Assembly (NCBI GenBank): GCA_012295275.1
Contig: CM022673.1
Location: 25,172,001 to 25,236,000 of the forward strand
Length of the DNA: 64,000 bases
Direction of reading: 5' to 3'
Source of the DNA: Chrysomallon squamiferum
Lineage: Eukaryota > Animalia > Mollusca
Below are positions 27,908 to 52,522 of this stretch, piece after piece (position 1 is the first letter of the stretch; each line of letters begins with the position of its first letter). The position numbers and the translations under genes are program-made. The notes below the pieces were generated by a model. It ran no database searches, was not told where the DNA came from, and saw nothing but the letters and a program-made list of their open reading frames with translations.

Positions 27908-28121
27908 TTAAACATACTTCACATCGCTGCTCGTGAACTAAACAAATTGGCAGCTGTTAGCGTGAGTTCCTGTATGCAATTTAAAAAGACATCAACGAAA
28001 TGACGTCATGAAAGAAAAATGTAGGTTACCTTGCAACTTCAGTGAGTACAGCTAGAACGAACTAACCACAGACACAAATTAAATCTAGTTTTCATAAGAC
28101 AGCGAAAGATTAAGAAAATAA

Positions 28122-28160
<39 letters not shown>

Positions 28161-28371
28161 TTGAATTGGATCATCTGTCCTGATGTATCTTTAATGAAAT
28201 GTTTTATATTTCAGAGGCGGATATCCCCGTCACTCACACAAATGCAGCGTGTTTGGCCTCATACAAACCCCGTGTTGACGAAGTTCATCTTGGGGTATGT
28301 TTAACAAATATTTTTTAAATAAATAATTTCTGAAATTTATTAATGAAATTTTTGGGGCAGTAATTTCTTTA

Positions 28372-28427
<56 letters not shown>

Positions 28428-28599
28428 TCACAAAATAATATATATATATATAAAGAAAAAACAAACAAAATATTAAAACAAAAATAACCTTTAACCTCAT
28501 ATGAGGTTCAAGATTATATATATATATATATATTTTATTTATTTTTTTTATATATATATTTTTTATTAATTTTATTATTCTCTTGGTTGTTTTTTTTAG

Positions 28600-28638
<39 letters not shown>

Positions 28639-28748
28639 TTTTTCTGTTTTTGTTTTTGTTTATTTTTTATTTATTTATTTTGTTTGTTCTGTTCTGTTCT
28701 GTTCTGTTCTGTTCTGTTCTGTTCTGTTCTGTTATTTATTTATTTATT

Positions 28749-28795
<47 letters not shown>

Positions 28796-29705
28796 TTTTG
28801 TTTGTTTGTTCTGTTTTGTTTTTTATTTATTTTATTTGTTTGTTCTGTTTTTATTTATTTTTATTTATTTATTTATTTTGTTTGTTTGTTTGTTCTGTTC
28901 TGTTTTATTTATTTATTTATTTTATTTGTTTTTTCTTTTTTGTTTTATTTATTTATTTATTTACAACAGATTGTCGAGAATGCTCAGATGATGTTCCAGG
29001 AAAGACCCACGAGTTACTTCAAGTTATCTCTCTTTTCCTGTTTATGCTGTCTGATGCCAGTAGGCGCCGCTGCACTCTACTATTCTAGAAAGGTAACTCA
29101 ATAGCAATTGTAAAATCAAATATATCAAAGCACTTCGTCATTTAAACGTTAGAAGCATGCCAAGCACTTAAAGAGACAGTTACCAGATCTCGACCCTGGT
29201 TAGCAATTTTATATTTTTTAAACAAAAATATACTTTTTTTGTAGGCAATGAAAACGGCATGAAAACGTTTTATGGCATGAAAACGATACTGTCGGGAATT
29301 ATGTTACGTTCTGAAAACTGTTGCATGACTTTATACAAATAAATTCCTAATTAAGTAGGAATATTTAATAATTTGTCTGAATATTTTAATAATTAGTTGA
29401 GGTTTAACTGTAGTAATAGTAGTAGCTTTGGCAGTAGTAATAGTAAAAATTAATAACAGAAATTAATAATCATTAATGATTGTCTAGTTTATGCAAAATT
29501 GTGGACTGCCTTCTAATAGTATTATTACTGTTGTTTGTAGTCGAAGTCGGCGAAAGAAAATGGCGAGTGGGAGACAGCCTCAGTGTACGCCAAGAACGCC
29601 AAGGATATTGCTATTGTATCTATTTGTCTTGGAGCCTTCCTTCTTATTATAGGAATGGTTATTTTTGGTCTGCTGTATTCGAAAATCATGGAAGCAAAGA
29701 GCTGA
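26807..29705 (+). CDS. CD225/dispanin family (IFITM/PRRT/TRARG1-like) membrane protein, ~134 aa
   Basis: Exons 26807-26843 (one of several candidate first exons), 28215-28294, 28970-29092, 29541-29705. Protein: MVGRKEPSRNQFEADIPVTHTNAACLASYKPRVDEVHLGIVENAQMMFQERPTSYFKLSLFSCLCCLMPVGAAALYYSRKSKSAKENGEWETASVYAKNAKDIAIVSICLGAFLLIIGMVIFGLLYSKIMEAKS. Shows the CD225 pattern P-x-x-Y...CC-x-x-P-x-G-x-x-A-x-x-YS...G...A...A followed by a C-terminal TM helix. Confidence 0.88.
28583..28962. repeat. Compound (TTTA)n/(TTCTG)n low-complexity tract in the CD225 gene intron
   Basis: Directly visible; it generates spurious F/I/Y/L-rich ORFs in all three + frames. Confidence 0.92.
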
Positions 29706-32700
29706 TATGTGATACTTTTTGTTGATTCTGCTAGAAGATTTTTCTTTTCTTTTTTAAAACGAGAACGACTGTGAAACAAGAAGTGAAAATAAAACAGTTG
29801 GATTTGATCTGCAGTTCTCTTGGACGTCAAGTTAGGATGAAGTAAATTTTGTTTGCGATTTTGTCATGTGTCAGTGTTGAAAAAATACTTTTATATTTTT
29901 ATTGTCCCGTTAAAATTGTGTAATATTATTTGCTATATGTAAAATGGAATTTTGGTTTAAAAAAAAGAGAGAAAAAAAGATCGTTTATTACATCTTTTAA
30001 AATAATTAAACAGTTAAATGCAGGATATCTTCTTGAAATAGCCATACAAGGATGTTATTGATGTGGCATATGCTTGGAGTTTGGGGGAAAAAATCATTTT
30101 TTTTATTTTTTTTTTTAAATATCAGAGGCTTCTGTTTGAATAATTTGGATGATCAAATGTGTGCATACTGACTTTTCAAACACAGACAAAATTAAAGATC
30201 TGTTTACGTTTCAAACGCTTAATAATGGATATATTAAGGATAATAATGTATATAAGAGCTATCCTGATTATTTGAACTGTTCTTAATGCTTAGAGAAAAT
30301 GCTGAAATAAAAGTGTATATAAATTATTTTTGTGTGCAATGTAGTAAGTCGTGAGACATCTGTATTATAAATTAAAAAAAGTTAACAAACTTTGTCTTGA
30401 TTTTGTTTTTAAATTATTAATGTTCATGTTTGTATCGGAATTAGAATTTTCAAATGCTGGAACTATACATGATAACTTTCATGATGAAATGAGGTTTATT
30501 TTAAAAAAAAAAAATTAAAAGATTTCACAGATTCATCAATCATTTAAATTTAATATCGTGAACTTCGTCAGTGTAGTACTTTGATTGATTGATTAGCTGA
30601 TTTATTGATTGATTGATTGATTTATAATACTGTATAACTTTCACATTACAAGTGTCTCTGTACGTTGTTATTTTATATAGCCACACGCTCACACATTCTT
30701 GCACAGAGGCGTAACACTGACATAGACTCACTCGTTAAAAGCAAATATTAAAGGATTTTTACAAAACACAATTTATAAAGAAAAAAAATTTAATGTTAAA
30801 AATATAACAAACTAATGATTACTATTCTTCAAAAAATAAGAAAAGAAAAGAAAAAAGGATAAAACAAAATTACAACACTTTATCAAAATAAACCCAATAT
30901 GACAAAGCAAGACATGAGAGTTCTCAAACCAACAGTACATTACAATGAATACAGTCCATACGTTTATTCTTTATTAAGCAAAAGGCACATAATAATAGTG
31001 TATAACGATATACGATATGTAATATAAAAAGAATACCTAATGTAACTAATGGGTTCTAGATAAACGCGTACACACGTCATAATGAAATTGTATTTAAAGT
31101 CCGACCACTCGTTCAAGCAAATTATGAAACAGCCATGCACGAACGTTCTGTGAAGGCACGTAATTCATATATTTACTTTACAAAATCACAGTATATATAT
31201 ATATATAGCATACTTGATACACATATATTTTTACATTTAAGTAACTGTCATTAAAGCATATATACAAGCTCTATTTCAGACATTTTTTTTCACGTACATA
31301 TATAGATTATCAGTAACGTACATACAAATTATATATAACAAATTTATGTTATTAAAAAACACATATCAAAAAAAAAAAATAATAATAATAATAAATGCCC
31401 GAAACAATTGATCCAATATAAAATAATAACAGCAGAAATATTAATCATTACAGTTTGGGGTTGTATTATTAACGGTTTCATTTTTCGTTCTTCGTTCAAA
31501 TTAACACTAGATCACTGATAGAAACTGATGTTCTTTTTAATCAGACCTGCTCTTGCAGTCTCATTAAGTGAATGCATCATTAACGTTCTTGCAGACACAA
31601 ACAAACAGTTACAGAAAAACGACAAATAATTCCCGAAGATCTTTTTCCGCTCAATTACTACTCCTTTTTTTTCAAGAATCAAAAAAATATCAACATCATA
31701 ATTTTGCAACAACTGCATGCAGTAACCGGCCAAAAATTCATTGTGGCATTAAAACTATCGAGAATTTTATTTTCCTAATCTCAAAAAAATCATGTAATAT
31801 TGCTAAATAGTAAACATCATTAAGAACAAACGTGGCAGTATACGATGAAGCTTAAATTACTGAAACTTCAATTTTCGTTTTATTTTCAAAATCTAAGCAT
31901 TAAAAACTATTTTTCGAAATAACTGCATTGTCGGTGATCTAAAAAACTCTTCAGGTTCTGATGTTTCCTTGTTCATCTACAAAAATACTTCAAAGGAGCT
32001 TAGACATGCAAAACATGCTTCTCGAAGCACTGTTTGGGAAAAGTGCACTCGCTCTAGTTAAAGATTCAGGAAAAGAAAAAATTCTGAAAAATGAGAATCA
32101 GGGATGTGATTTTCTACAAACTGGTATATTCGTGGTAAACTGTGATCGACTGAAATAACAGTACTGGAAATCCAAAATTTTGTCTTATTAAAAGATTAGT
32201 AAATATAAATAAGGACATAATAACGAAAAATGGGCTTTCTTGTATCAGTTTATCCCATATGTAAGGATATTATAATATATTTTTAATTTACGTGAATACC
32301 GACAGAGAAAATTTCAAATGTTTTTTGAAAACATTCTTTTTGTTGTAATATATTTTTTCTTTTATAAAGATACATAAATAATTAAATTATATTAAATTTA
32401 AAATTAACTGAAAATAATCAAATATGTGTATGTGTGTATGTGTGTGTTATATATTGAAACAAAACACTAGTACAAAAATAAATATTTGGATCGTATGTTA
32501 ACTATATAATATTTATGTACGAAGACATCACTAGTGAAATTGAAATATTCGTTGTTTTTATGAAAAATGAGTTACAAACGATGGGAGCTTTCTTATAACT
32601 TTCTGAATACATAAATATCTCTGAACTGTTAGTTCAGCTTTTGTCTATCATCTGTATTTCAAATGAAAGAAATTTTTTTTTTAAATTAATAAAATTAATA

Positions 32701-33131
32701 TTTCATTACCGACTTCTCAATATATTTTTCATAAATGTTTTTTATAATAAAAACATATAGTCCAGGGCAGTGGTTCCCAAGTTGTTTTTATGGCAAACTT
32801 AAGAATATTCTACGTTCTCAGAAACATCCATCCATTTAACACTCTGGATACACGAAAATATATTCATACAGGAAAAAATATCCAACAACAAATGTTTTTC
32901 CTATTGTAATGAAAGCCACCAATTTTATAACATTTTATCACTTTGGATATATATATATAAATAAATGTTTAAATTTATAATTAAATGGTTTTTAAAATAT
33001 TCTTATAAAATTAAATTATTATTTTCCATTCAGCTTTAAACTATGACATCTCAATATTTTTAATTTGTATTTATTTATTTATTTTATTTTTTTTTTTTTT
33101 TTTTTTTCTCCCGATAATCTGAAAACCTCTA

Positions 33132-44614
<11,483 letters not shown>

Positions 44615-46750
44615 TTCGTTCTCTAAGTATGCAGATTATTCAATCACTTTAGAAGTTCGGAAACATCTTCGAGCGAGCAGCAGTCGACTGTAGGAGTTTG
44701 CGGTTTGAGCCGGTAGTTCATCACCGCGCTTAACGACAGAACCCGCTCGTCTGCTATCAATAACCAGACGAGAGGTCTTGTCAGGTGCAAGCTTCGCAGC
44801 CTCAAAACTTACCTCTTTTGTTTTTGTTTGCTTTTTTAAAACATTAAAAATTCAGCGTGTATTAAAAAAAAAAAACATTATTAATCTTAATAATTCATTG
44901 AGAGGGTTGATTATTCATAGGAAGTAATCTTAAACGACAATAATAACAAACAAAAAAACAAAAGAGAAAGATGATGGTTAAAAAAAAAAAAAAAACGATA
45001 TCTCTCTGCGAAAAACGAGCTGTTTTAAAGAAGAAATCGATATTTGTTGTATTTTGACACGGGATAACACTTCCATGGTCGGAGGCAGTGCTCAAATATT
45101 TGCACCTTCAATACAGACAGCTCCGCTAATGTTGTACAGGCATATACAGTGATCCAACTTCACCGTTTGAGTTGGACTGAATTCTCCGTCAGTTCACTAT
45201 GCCGTTGTAAACGTTTGAATAGCGATTGCATAATCATAAGCAGAAAGAACTGAACTGCAGTTTTGTGATGGTTGTATTTGCATTTTATTATTATATATAT
45301 TTTTTTTTTTGGTTTTGTCTTTTTTTCGGTTAAGAATATATCTATCACGTGAGAAAGCTTTCAAAAAAATGTTAGCTTTTTTTGTAGTCAAAATTTATAC
45401 GATAATATATATATATAGCAGAAACATGGATTCTTATTGGCTCAACTAATGTACTTTTATAAAATATTGTCCCATTACAACTATACTGTCATTGGTCGCT
45501 GTCCCAAAATGAAAACTAGATGAAATATTACTTTTCCTCAGCGACAAAACCTACTTAATAAAAATATACTTAATTAATAATCTATATTCTAATAAAACTG
45601 ACATAGTCATGTTCAACACTTACTCTTTGGACAAAAAACAAATGAAAAATAAATAAATAAACAAGTAAATAAATAAATAAGCAAATAAACAAGTAAATAA
45701 ATAAACAAACAAGTAAATAAATAAATAAATAAATAAACAATATAAACAAGTAAATAAATAAACAAAAAACAAGTAAATAAATAAATAAACAAAATAAACA
45801 AATAATCAAATATTAAAAATACATCATAACAGTAGTGGTGAAAATAATTTTAACAGAAAACAAATTACAACTGTCGGTAAACAGTAAAAGGACGTCACGT
45901 GACTGCGTGTACATATTCCTCTGGTATCTCAAGATTTCACCCATTTAACGTATTCGTTGCCATGTGTAAATGAAATCGTTAAATATAGACAGAGAAAACA
46001 ACTGCCTGTGAGAGTGGCGTACTGCATCTTTAAAAACTGTAGTGGTCGGTTTAAAACTGATGTAGCAAAACAGACAAGTGCATTTAATGTTTGTCAGGGA
46101 TTATCTTCTCTCGGGTTATCCCCATCTTTGTTTGCTTTTTTTTCTCCGGTCAGACTGACCCGACGACTTTGAAAATCATTCTTGTCAGCATTATCTGTTA
46201 AACTTTAGAATTCGTACATCTTTATAATTTATAATTTATTAATAATAATAATAATAATAATAAGAAGAAGAAGAAGAAGAAGAAGAAAGAAGAAGGAGAC
46301 GAAGGAGACGAAGGAGAATTATATATATAAATATAAATATATATAAATATATATATAAATATATATAAAGAAGATAAAATGTTAACAAAGAATATATCGC
46401 ATTTGTCCTACACACACATAAACACAGTGGAGCATACTGAATGTCAAAACTATTTTTAAAAAGGAGATGATGCTTGTCAAATAATCCAGTGCTTCTCAAA
46501 CTACTAACATTTCGTAACTGTCATTCGCCTTTTTCTTCGATTTTTATTCACCCACAACTAACCTTCCTTAGTTTTATAATTTTCATGTTTCTCTCCCTCT
46601 AGAGTCGATAGCCACAAAATAACGTCATTCACCCTAAGCTGAATAATCCAATAGATTAAGAAGGACTTTGCTTTATTCATTTTGTCCTCTTGTTTTTTTT
46701 TTCGCTCACATTATTTTCTGGGGTGTTTTTTTCGGCACACTCAGAAAAAT

Positions 46751-46894
46751 AGTTTACAGGACAATTCCCCATTTGGACAACTTCCCAATGGACAAAAACC
46801 CACTTGAACACTTCCCCATTTCATAATGACAGTTTTGACAATTCCCCACTCTTAATTTTTTGTTTATATGTATCTGTGGCAAGAATAATACCCT

Positions 46895-46965
<71 letters not shown>

Positions 46966-47345
46966 CATAGTAGTAGTAGTAGTAGTAGTAACAGTAATAA
47001 CTGCAGCTGCAGCAGCAGCAGCAACAACAACAATAATAATTATGATGATAATGATTATGATGATGACGACGGTAGATCTAATAATGTGTATATACATATG
47101 CTTGTATGGGTTTGTGTGTGTGTGTGTGTGTGTGTGTGTTTACGTGTGTTTTGTATGTACGTGTGATTGTATGTGTATGTGTGTATATGTGCCTAAGTGT
47201 ATGTGAGTGGAGAGGGGAAATTGTGTGAGTGGAGAATTGTCCCAGTGGGGATGTGTCCGAGTGGGGAAGTGTCCGAATGGGGAAGTGTCCGAGTGGGGAA
47301 TTGTCCGAGTGGGGAATTGCTCTAGTAGGGAAGTGTCCGTTTACC
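46751..47345. mobile_element. Foldback/Mutator-like MITE with 15-bp subterminal repeats
   Basis: Left arm has GGACAATTCCCCA(C/T)T-type repeats; right arm has the inverse GAGTGGGGAA(T/G)TGTCC repeats. Interior is filled with (TAA)n/(TAG)n/(CAG)n/(TG)n. Flanked by direct repeat GAAAAAT(AG) at 46744 and 47346 (7-9 bp depending on the boundary). Confidence 0.82.
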
Positions 47346-48696
47346 GAAAAATAGCAGTGAGTTGTATGGTCCATATATCTCCCTTTAGGTCCGCTAGAAA
47401 GTTTAGCTACTAAGTGAGGCTGCGTGAAAATTTCGAATACCAGGAATGGCAACATTGTGAAAAACATGAGAACAAAATATATTAATAACATTACATGCCT
47501 CAAACCAGTAAGAGTTATCAAACTGTTAACGTTAGAATTAAATAATAATAATCCACTTGGAGTTTATTAGCAATAAAACCATATATAACTAGCTGAAGAC
47601 ATTTGTAATTTGTTTTTCCTGTTCATCTGCACGTATAATGTTTCATCATTTAATTATAATTTTGTTATATCATCGTTACAAACCTCCATATAGAACACCA
47701 AACATTATCTGTTCATTGTAAGCTCACAACGTCCGTTTTTCTCATTTTATAATTCGACATCTGGTGATCTGGGTAATCTCAGCATGTATACGAGTTAGCT
47801 ATTTATACGAGAAACGAAACTGTTCTTCTTCATTTTTAAACCATCCTTAGAACTATGTATACTTTGTTTATATGATATATCTGCCTCCTAAGTAAGTTCT
47901 GCTCTGTGTAAGTTTGTGAAATGTTTTTCAAACGGGTTGCTACAGATGACGGGAAAAGTTTAAAAAAAATAAATAAATAATGTAATTAATTAATTAATAA
48001 TAATAACATTTAATGTTTTTAATGACAATATTTGAAAATTATGATGAATGTTTTGGGGAATAAGTAAATCTGTTTATTTTACTATAAATTCATTTTCAAG
48101 AATATTCTTCTCAGTAATGACGGAAAGCAAATTTTCTTGATAACAATATTGTAGTATTACGAAAAAAGCAATGGAAATTACTCTGTATTGTAAATTCTTT
48201 ATAACAAAGCAAGGAACCACACTTAGGAACATCTAGTGAAATATACCTAAATCAATGGGTATGTTTAAATAAAATGGTTTTGTTTGTTTGTTTGTTTGTT
48301 TATTAGTATGACAAATTTGAGTTATAACAATGACTTTTATTCAAACATTCTTTATTTATCTGGTTTAATTTTTATTTTATATAAATAAATAAATAAAATG
48401 AAAACGATATAGTTTTATATAATACATTATTATTAAATGTTAAACGTAATGTTGGATTTTTGTTATGTCCCTTCACATCAGAGTTGTGTCCCTTAGACAA
48501 ATACCAGTTGGATTTATTTGTCAACAGAGAGAACACTTAAAAAAAAGACATTATGAACGCAATGAAATGGTAATTATCATTAAAGTGTAATCATTCAATT
48601 TTCATAATCGACACAACTGGTTATAATCTGATCCTTCATTAATCGGAATAATAATTAATATCTATTATATATTATATATGTATGTATATCGAGATT

Positions 48697-48708
48697 ACAA
48701 AATGGCGG
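48697..48708 (+). promoter_or_regulatory. YY1-like motif near the probable start of the LDLRAD3-like transcript
   Basis: CAAAATGGCGG matches the YY1 consensus CAANATGGCGG, ~0.6 kb upstream of the acceptor (49287) of the ATG-bearing exon. Confidence 0.4.
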
Positions 48709-49372
48709 ATGATGAAACCTAAGTTAAATCACTTTTACTCATTTTAGTCTACTGGTCATAAAAGAAAATTACATTTATCTTATAATTATTATTACTTATA
48801 TGGAGCAAACATTGCATGTTTAATGAAACAGCTTATTTTGTAGATTATATAATTAATTAACATTTTAAGCCACGCCTTCTTAAATTAAATAAGAAATTTA
48901 TCATCTGTGTCGATAATTATTATTAAAAGTAATTCTTTTTTTTTTTTTTTTTTTTATTTATTTATTTTTTTTTTTTTTTAAATTGTTAAATACTAACCAT
49001 AATTAACATACGACTCTTACAAGGTTAGGTATTATTACTGATGAGGATTTAAAAAATGTTAACCGTACAGTTAAACCTGCTGAATATAATTAGAAAATAA
49101 TTATTTAAACTTTATCTTGATGTTACTACTTTTACCAGAAATAATAAATTTATAAAATACTGGGTTTGCTGCATATGACTTTTCAGAATAGCTAGTGAAA
49201 ACTGTGCATTGTTTATTTGTTAGTTGTACAACTTTTGTAGAATCAGTGGATAACATTTGTATCTCATTAGTATTTTACTGTTACAGGAGGTAGGTGTTTG
49301 AGTCACAGACATCATTCACTAATACCTGAATGGATGTGAACAAGAAATGATTGTGACAAAAATGGTTGGAGG

Positions 49373-52300
49373 ATGACGGCAATTGTTTTTATTATCGTCT
49401 CCATTTGTGTTTTATCAGGTGAGTTATTTCTGTGATCATGTCTGTAATATATCTAATAAACAAAGTGTAAGCTAAGTGTTTGATAGGTAACAAAATTATA
49501 TTTCAATATATATTGTTCAATCATTTCAGATTGGCTAACCAATGCTGCTATAAAACCTAGACAGCTGCATATATCGTCTGGCAGTTTGATTGAGAAGGTA
49601 GAGGGTTCAAAGGTTGAAGTAAGTTGTTATGCTAACAGTGATGTTCCTACAAAAGATATCTTCTGGAAGGCCCAGCAGGAAAAGTCACGTTTTCAACAAC
49701 ATCATGTAAACAACTACACAGTGGTGTTCACCATCTCGGACCTACACCGATCTGATGCTGGACTCTACAAATGTGTCCTTGTTGACAGTCAGGGCAATGG
49801 CTACATGGAGAAAAATATGGTTCTGCATGTCAGACCTAACTGTTAGTGAAATTCCTCTTTAAGAAGATATATTACCTTTTCTTTTATCTCATTTCTTAAT
49901 GTTTTGCCAACTATGGTAATGTTGTTGTGTACGCACTATCACTTCTTGTACCTAAAACTCTTTCTTCACAAATCCACACCTTTTTTTTTAATACAGGGTG
50001 TCCCATAAAATTCCATACATAGGAAAAAAATCAACGTTTTTATATGAAAAACCATTTTTATTTATATAATAGGCTCTACATGACTGTCATTATGTTGAAA
50101 ACACATTTCAGTGTGTGTCCTCCACTGCTGAAGAACATGTTCAAGCACAGCTGGAGTTATGCTTGTAATGGCATTGATGATGCATTGCATGAGATGAAAC
50201 CATATGTATGGAAACCTATGGGACACCCAGTATTGTGCAAATCGTCATTTCTTATTATTGTTGCAATGTAACCATATAAAATTATAATATAAGGATTTGT
50301 ACCTCATTAACGTGACAGGTGTTAAATTTTTAAAATGTTTAATTTATCTGGCTTTTTTTTTACAGTATTGTCTTTGGACGGGCGAGGTAAATGTGGAGTG
50401 ACGCAGTTCCGCTGTGTCACGTCAAATATCTGTATTTTCACTCGATTTCGCTGTGATGGGAGAGCCAACTGCCCTGACAACTCAGATGAAATAGACTGTC
50501 CTAGTGAGTGTGTTCATTAGTGAAGTTAAAAACAAACGACAACCGAAGTTTAATTTTTATTTACTTTGTATTACTGTATTCTAGTTAATATATTTTCTTT
50601 GTCAGTTAATTAATCAGATGCTTTATTATGTCCCATTTTAATTAAAATCAAAGGTAGCTGAGGCTGATTCTGAGTGGTGGCATTCTTGTTCATCTGGTGG
50701 ATAAACTTGTTAGATCCTTTGACACTTGCTTTGTGTCACCAGAAATTGATTTTCGGATTGTCAAACCAACAAATCATTATTAAAAAGTTTATTTTCATAG
50801 AGAATATTTTCACATAATATTATTAAAATGTTGCGAGCTCATATATAATATAGTAAGAAAGAAAAAGAAAAAAGCAGTTTTCTTGTAAAATTAAAAAAAC
50901 TGAATTATTTGTAGGTATAAAAGTTTCTGTTTGTGTGATTATACATACATACTTACAGTTATATATATATATGTGACATGATTCTGTTCACAGAAGACAT
51001 GTGCAGAGACAAGTTTCGCTGTAACAACAGTAGATGTATCAGTAAGCGCCTGCTGTGTGATGGAACAGATCACTGTGCTGACGGATCAGATGAACGGAAC
51101 TGTTCATGTAAGTGAAAGCCATAAAAACATATTCAAGTAATCTGACCTGACATACCCACTGTATTACCAGAGATACTGGATTGTTTTTCAGCTAAACTAT
51201 AACAATGGTTTTAATGATATAGTTTGTAATATATTTTTTATATGTCCGTATTGATAATGATCCAGTAAAAACTGATGATAATATGATTAAACCTTTTTTC
51301 TCTTTTCCATTTGACTGTAATACTAAATGTATTAATTAAAGAATAGAGCAATTTTTGTTAATAATATTTCAATGACAAAAGCTATTTCAAACACAATTTT
51401 GTAAAATATAATTTTTCTTTCTTTATTGCAGCAGTTAATATAGGCAGCCCTAATGTCAGTACAGTGAGTCCCAACGTGGACGAAACTTATCATTTCAACT
51501 GGCTCAAGACCACCGTATACACAGTTATTGGTTGTACCGTGGCCATCGTTATATTCATCTCATTCATCGTTATTATAGTCTTCCGCATTAAAATGAAACG
51601 TCTACGTGCACGCAGGTTGGCTCGTGCCATAGAACGGCATCGGCAACATCAGGACGGACCCAACCCTGAAAGATCTGCTGAAAACGATCCATTCCTTACC
51701 GTAGGGACGACCTCGCACTTCGGAAACATAATAGTCAATGTGAACAATGGAGTGCAGTACGTCCCTTCAGCAGACTTCTCCCCGTTTGTCGATACCCCTC
51801 CCCCGTACCACGAAGTTGTGGGTGCCCACCGGCGCGACTCGCCACCCCCTCCTTACAGCACCATTGACAGAACCCCGCGTCCTAAGTCAGTTTCCGAAAC
51901 TGCAGCTGAACCAAATCCACCTCCCAGCAGAAGAGACGTTCACGAACATTCGGTCACAGAAGGCAGTAGTGTCATGCCCGATCCTGCCAGTGCTTCGACT
52001 CCTTTGATACAGGTGCCTGATTCCGTAGAGACCACCACGAACAGTGCTACGACCCAGTCTCTTCCGAGAGGAGACTCGAATCAAGCCCAGGTAGAATCGG
52101 TTCACGCGACCGAAGAGGACAGGCCAGTTCAGAGCAGTCACAGTCTGACAAGACCTGGTCGTCTTGCTGTGCATGACGGCAAAATCGTGATTAATCCTGA
52201 ACATGTGGGTGTTTCTAACGAGGGCTCCTCTCAGCCAGTGGATGTGCCTAGACAGGGTCACCTGGAAGTGAAGGAAGGACAGATAGTGCTGAAAGTAGAT

Positions 52301-52429
52301 GGGGAGGGCGATGAGGCACTGACTGAGCAGGTGAGAGGAGAGCTGGAGGAGGATTGCAATCAGTCTCCTGGAGGAGGCACCTTAGACGTGCAGGATGGAA
52401 TCATTGTTTTCAGACCTCGTGAATCATGA
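49373..52429 (+). CDS. LDLRAD3: LDLRAD3-like single-pass receptor (signal peptide, Ig domain, 2 LDLa repeats, TM, two PPxY motifs), ~535 aa
   Basis: Exons 49373-49418, 49530-49841, 50366-50503, 50994-51107, 51432-52429; all introns are phase 1 (1608 nt). Ig domain: VSC...IFW...[16 protein letters not shown]. LDLa repeats: [36 protein letters not shown] and [36 protein letters not shown]: [23 protein letters not shown]. Cytoplasmic [14 protein letters not shown] and SPPPPYS resemble the LDLRAD3 tail (NVNNGIQYV...PPSY...PPPPYS, from recall). Confidence 0.85.
49994..50230. mobile_element. Tc1/mariner-type MITE in an LDLRAD3-like intron
   Basis: TA|CAGGGTGTCCCATA ... TATGGGACACCCAG|TA: 14-bp TIR with one mismatch and TA target duplication. 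Confidence 0.85.
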
Positions 52430-52522
52430 TATTATTTTGTATAGTTTTTAGAAAGGAATTCTTGCAGTTTTGAAAAGACTAAATGACGTTTATCAGCATT
52501 CATTAGAAACCTTTTTTTTTTT

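Noticed and set aside
28583-29104. Long hydrophobic ORFs in three frames
   Set aside because: Produced by (TTTA)n/(TTCTG)n repeats; only 28970-29092 is a real exon.
44746-44772. Hairpin CTCGTCTG...CAGACGAG upstream of the TNFR start codon
   Set aside because: An 8-bp stem with no match to an RNA element I recognise (not IRE-like); could easily be chance.
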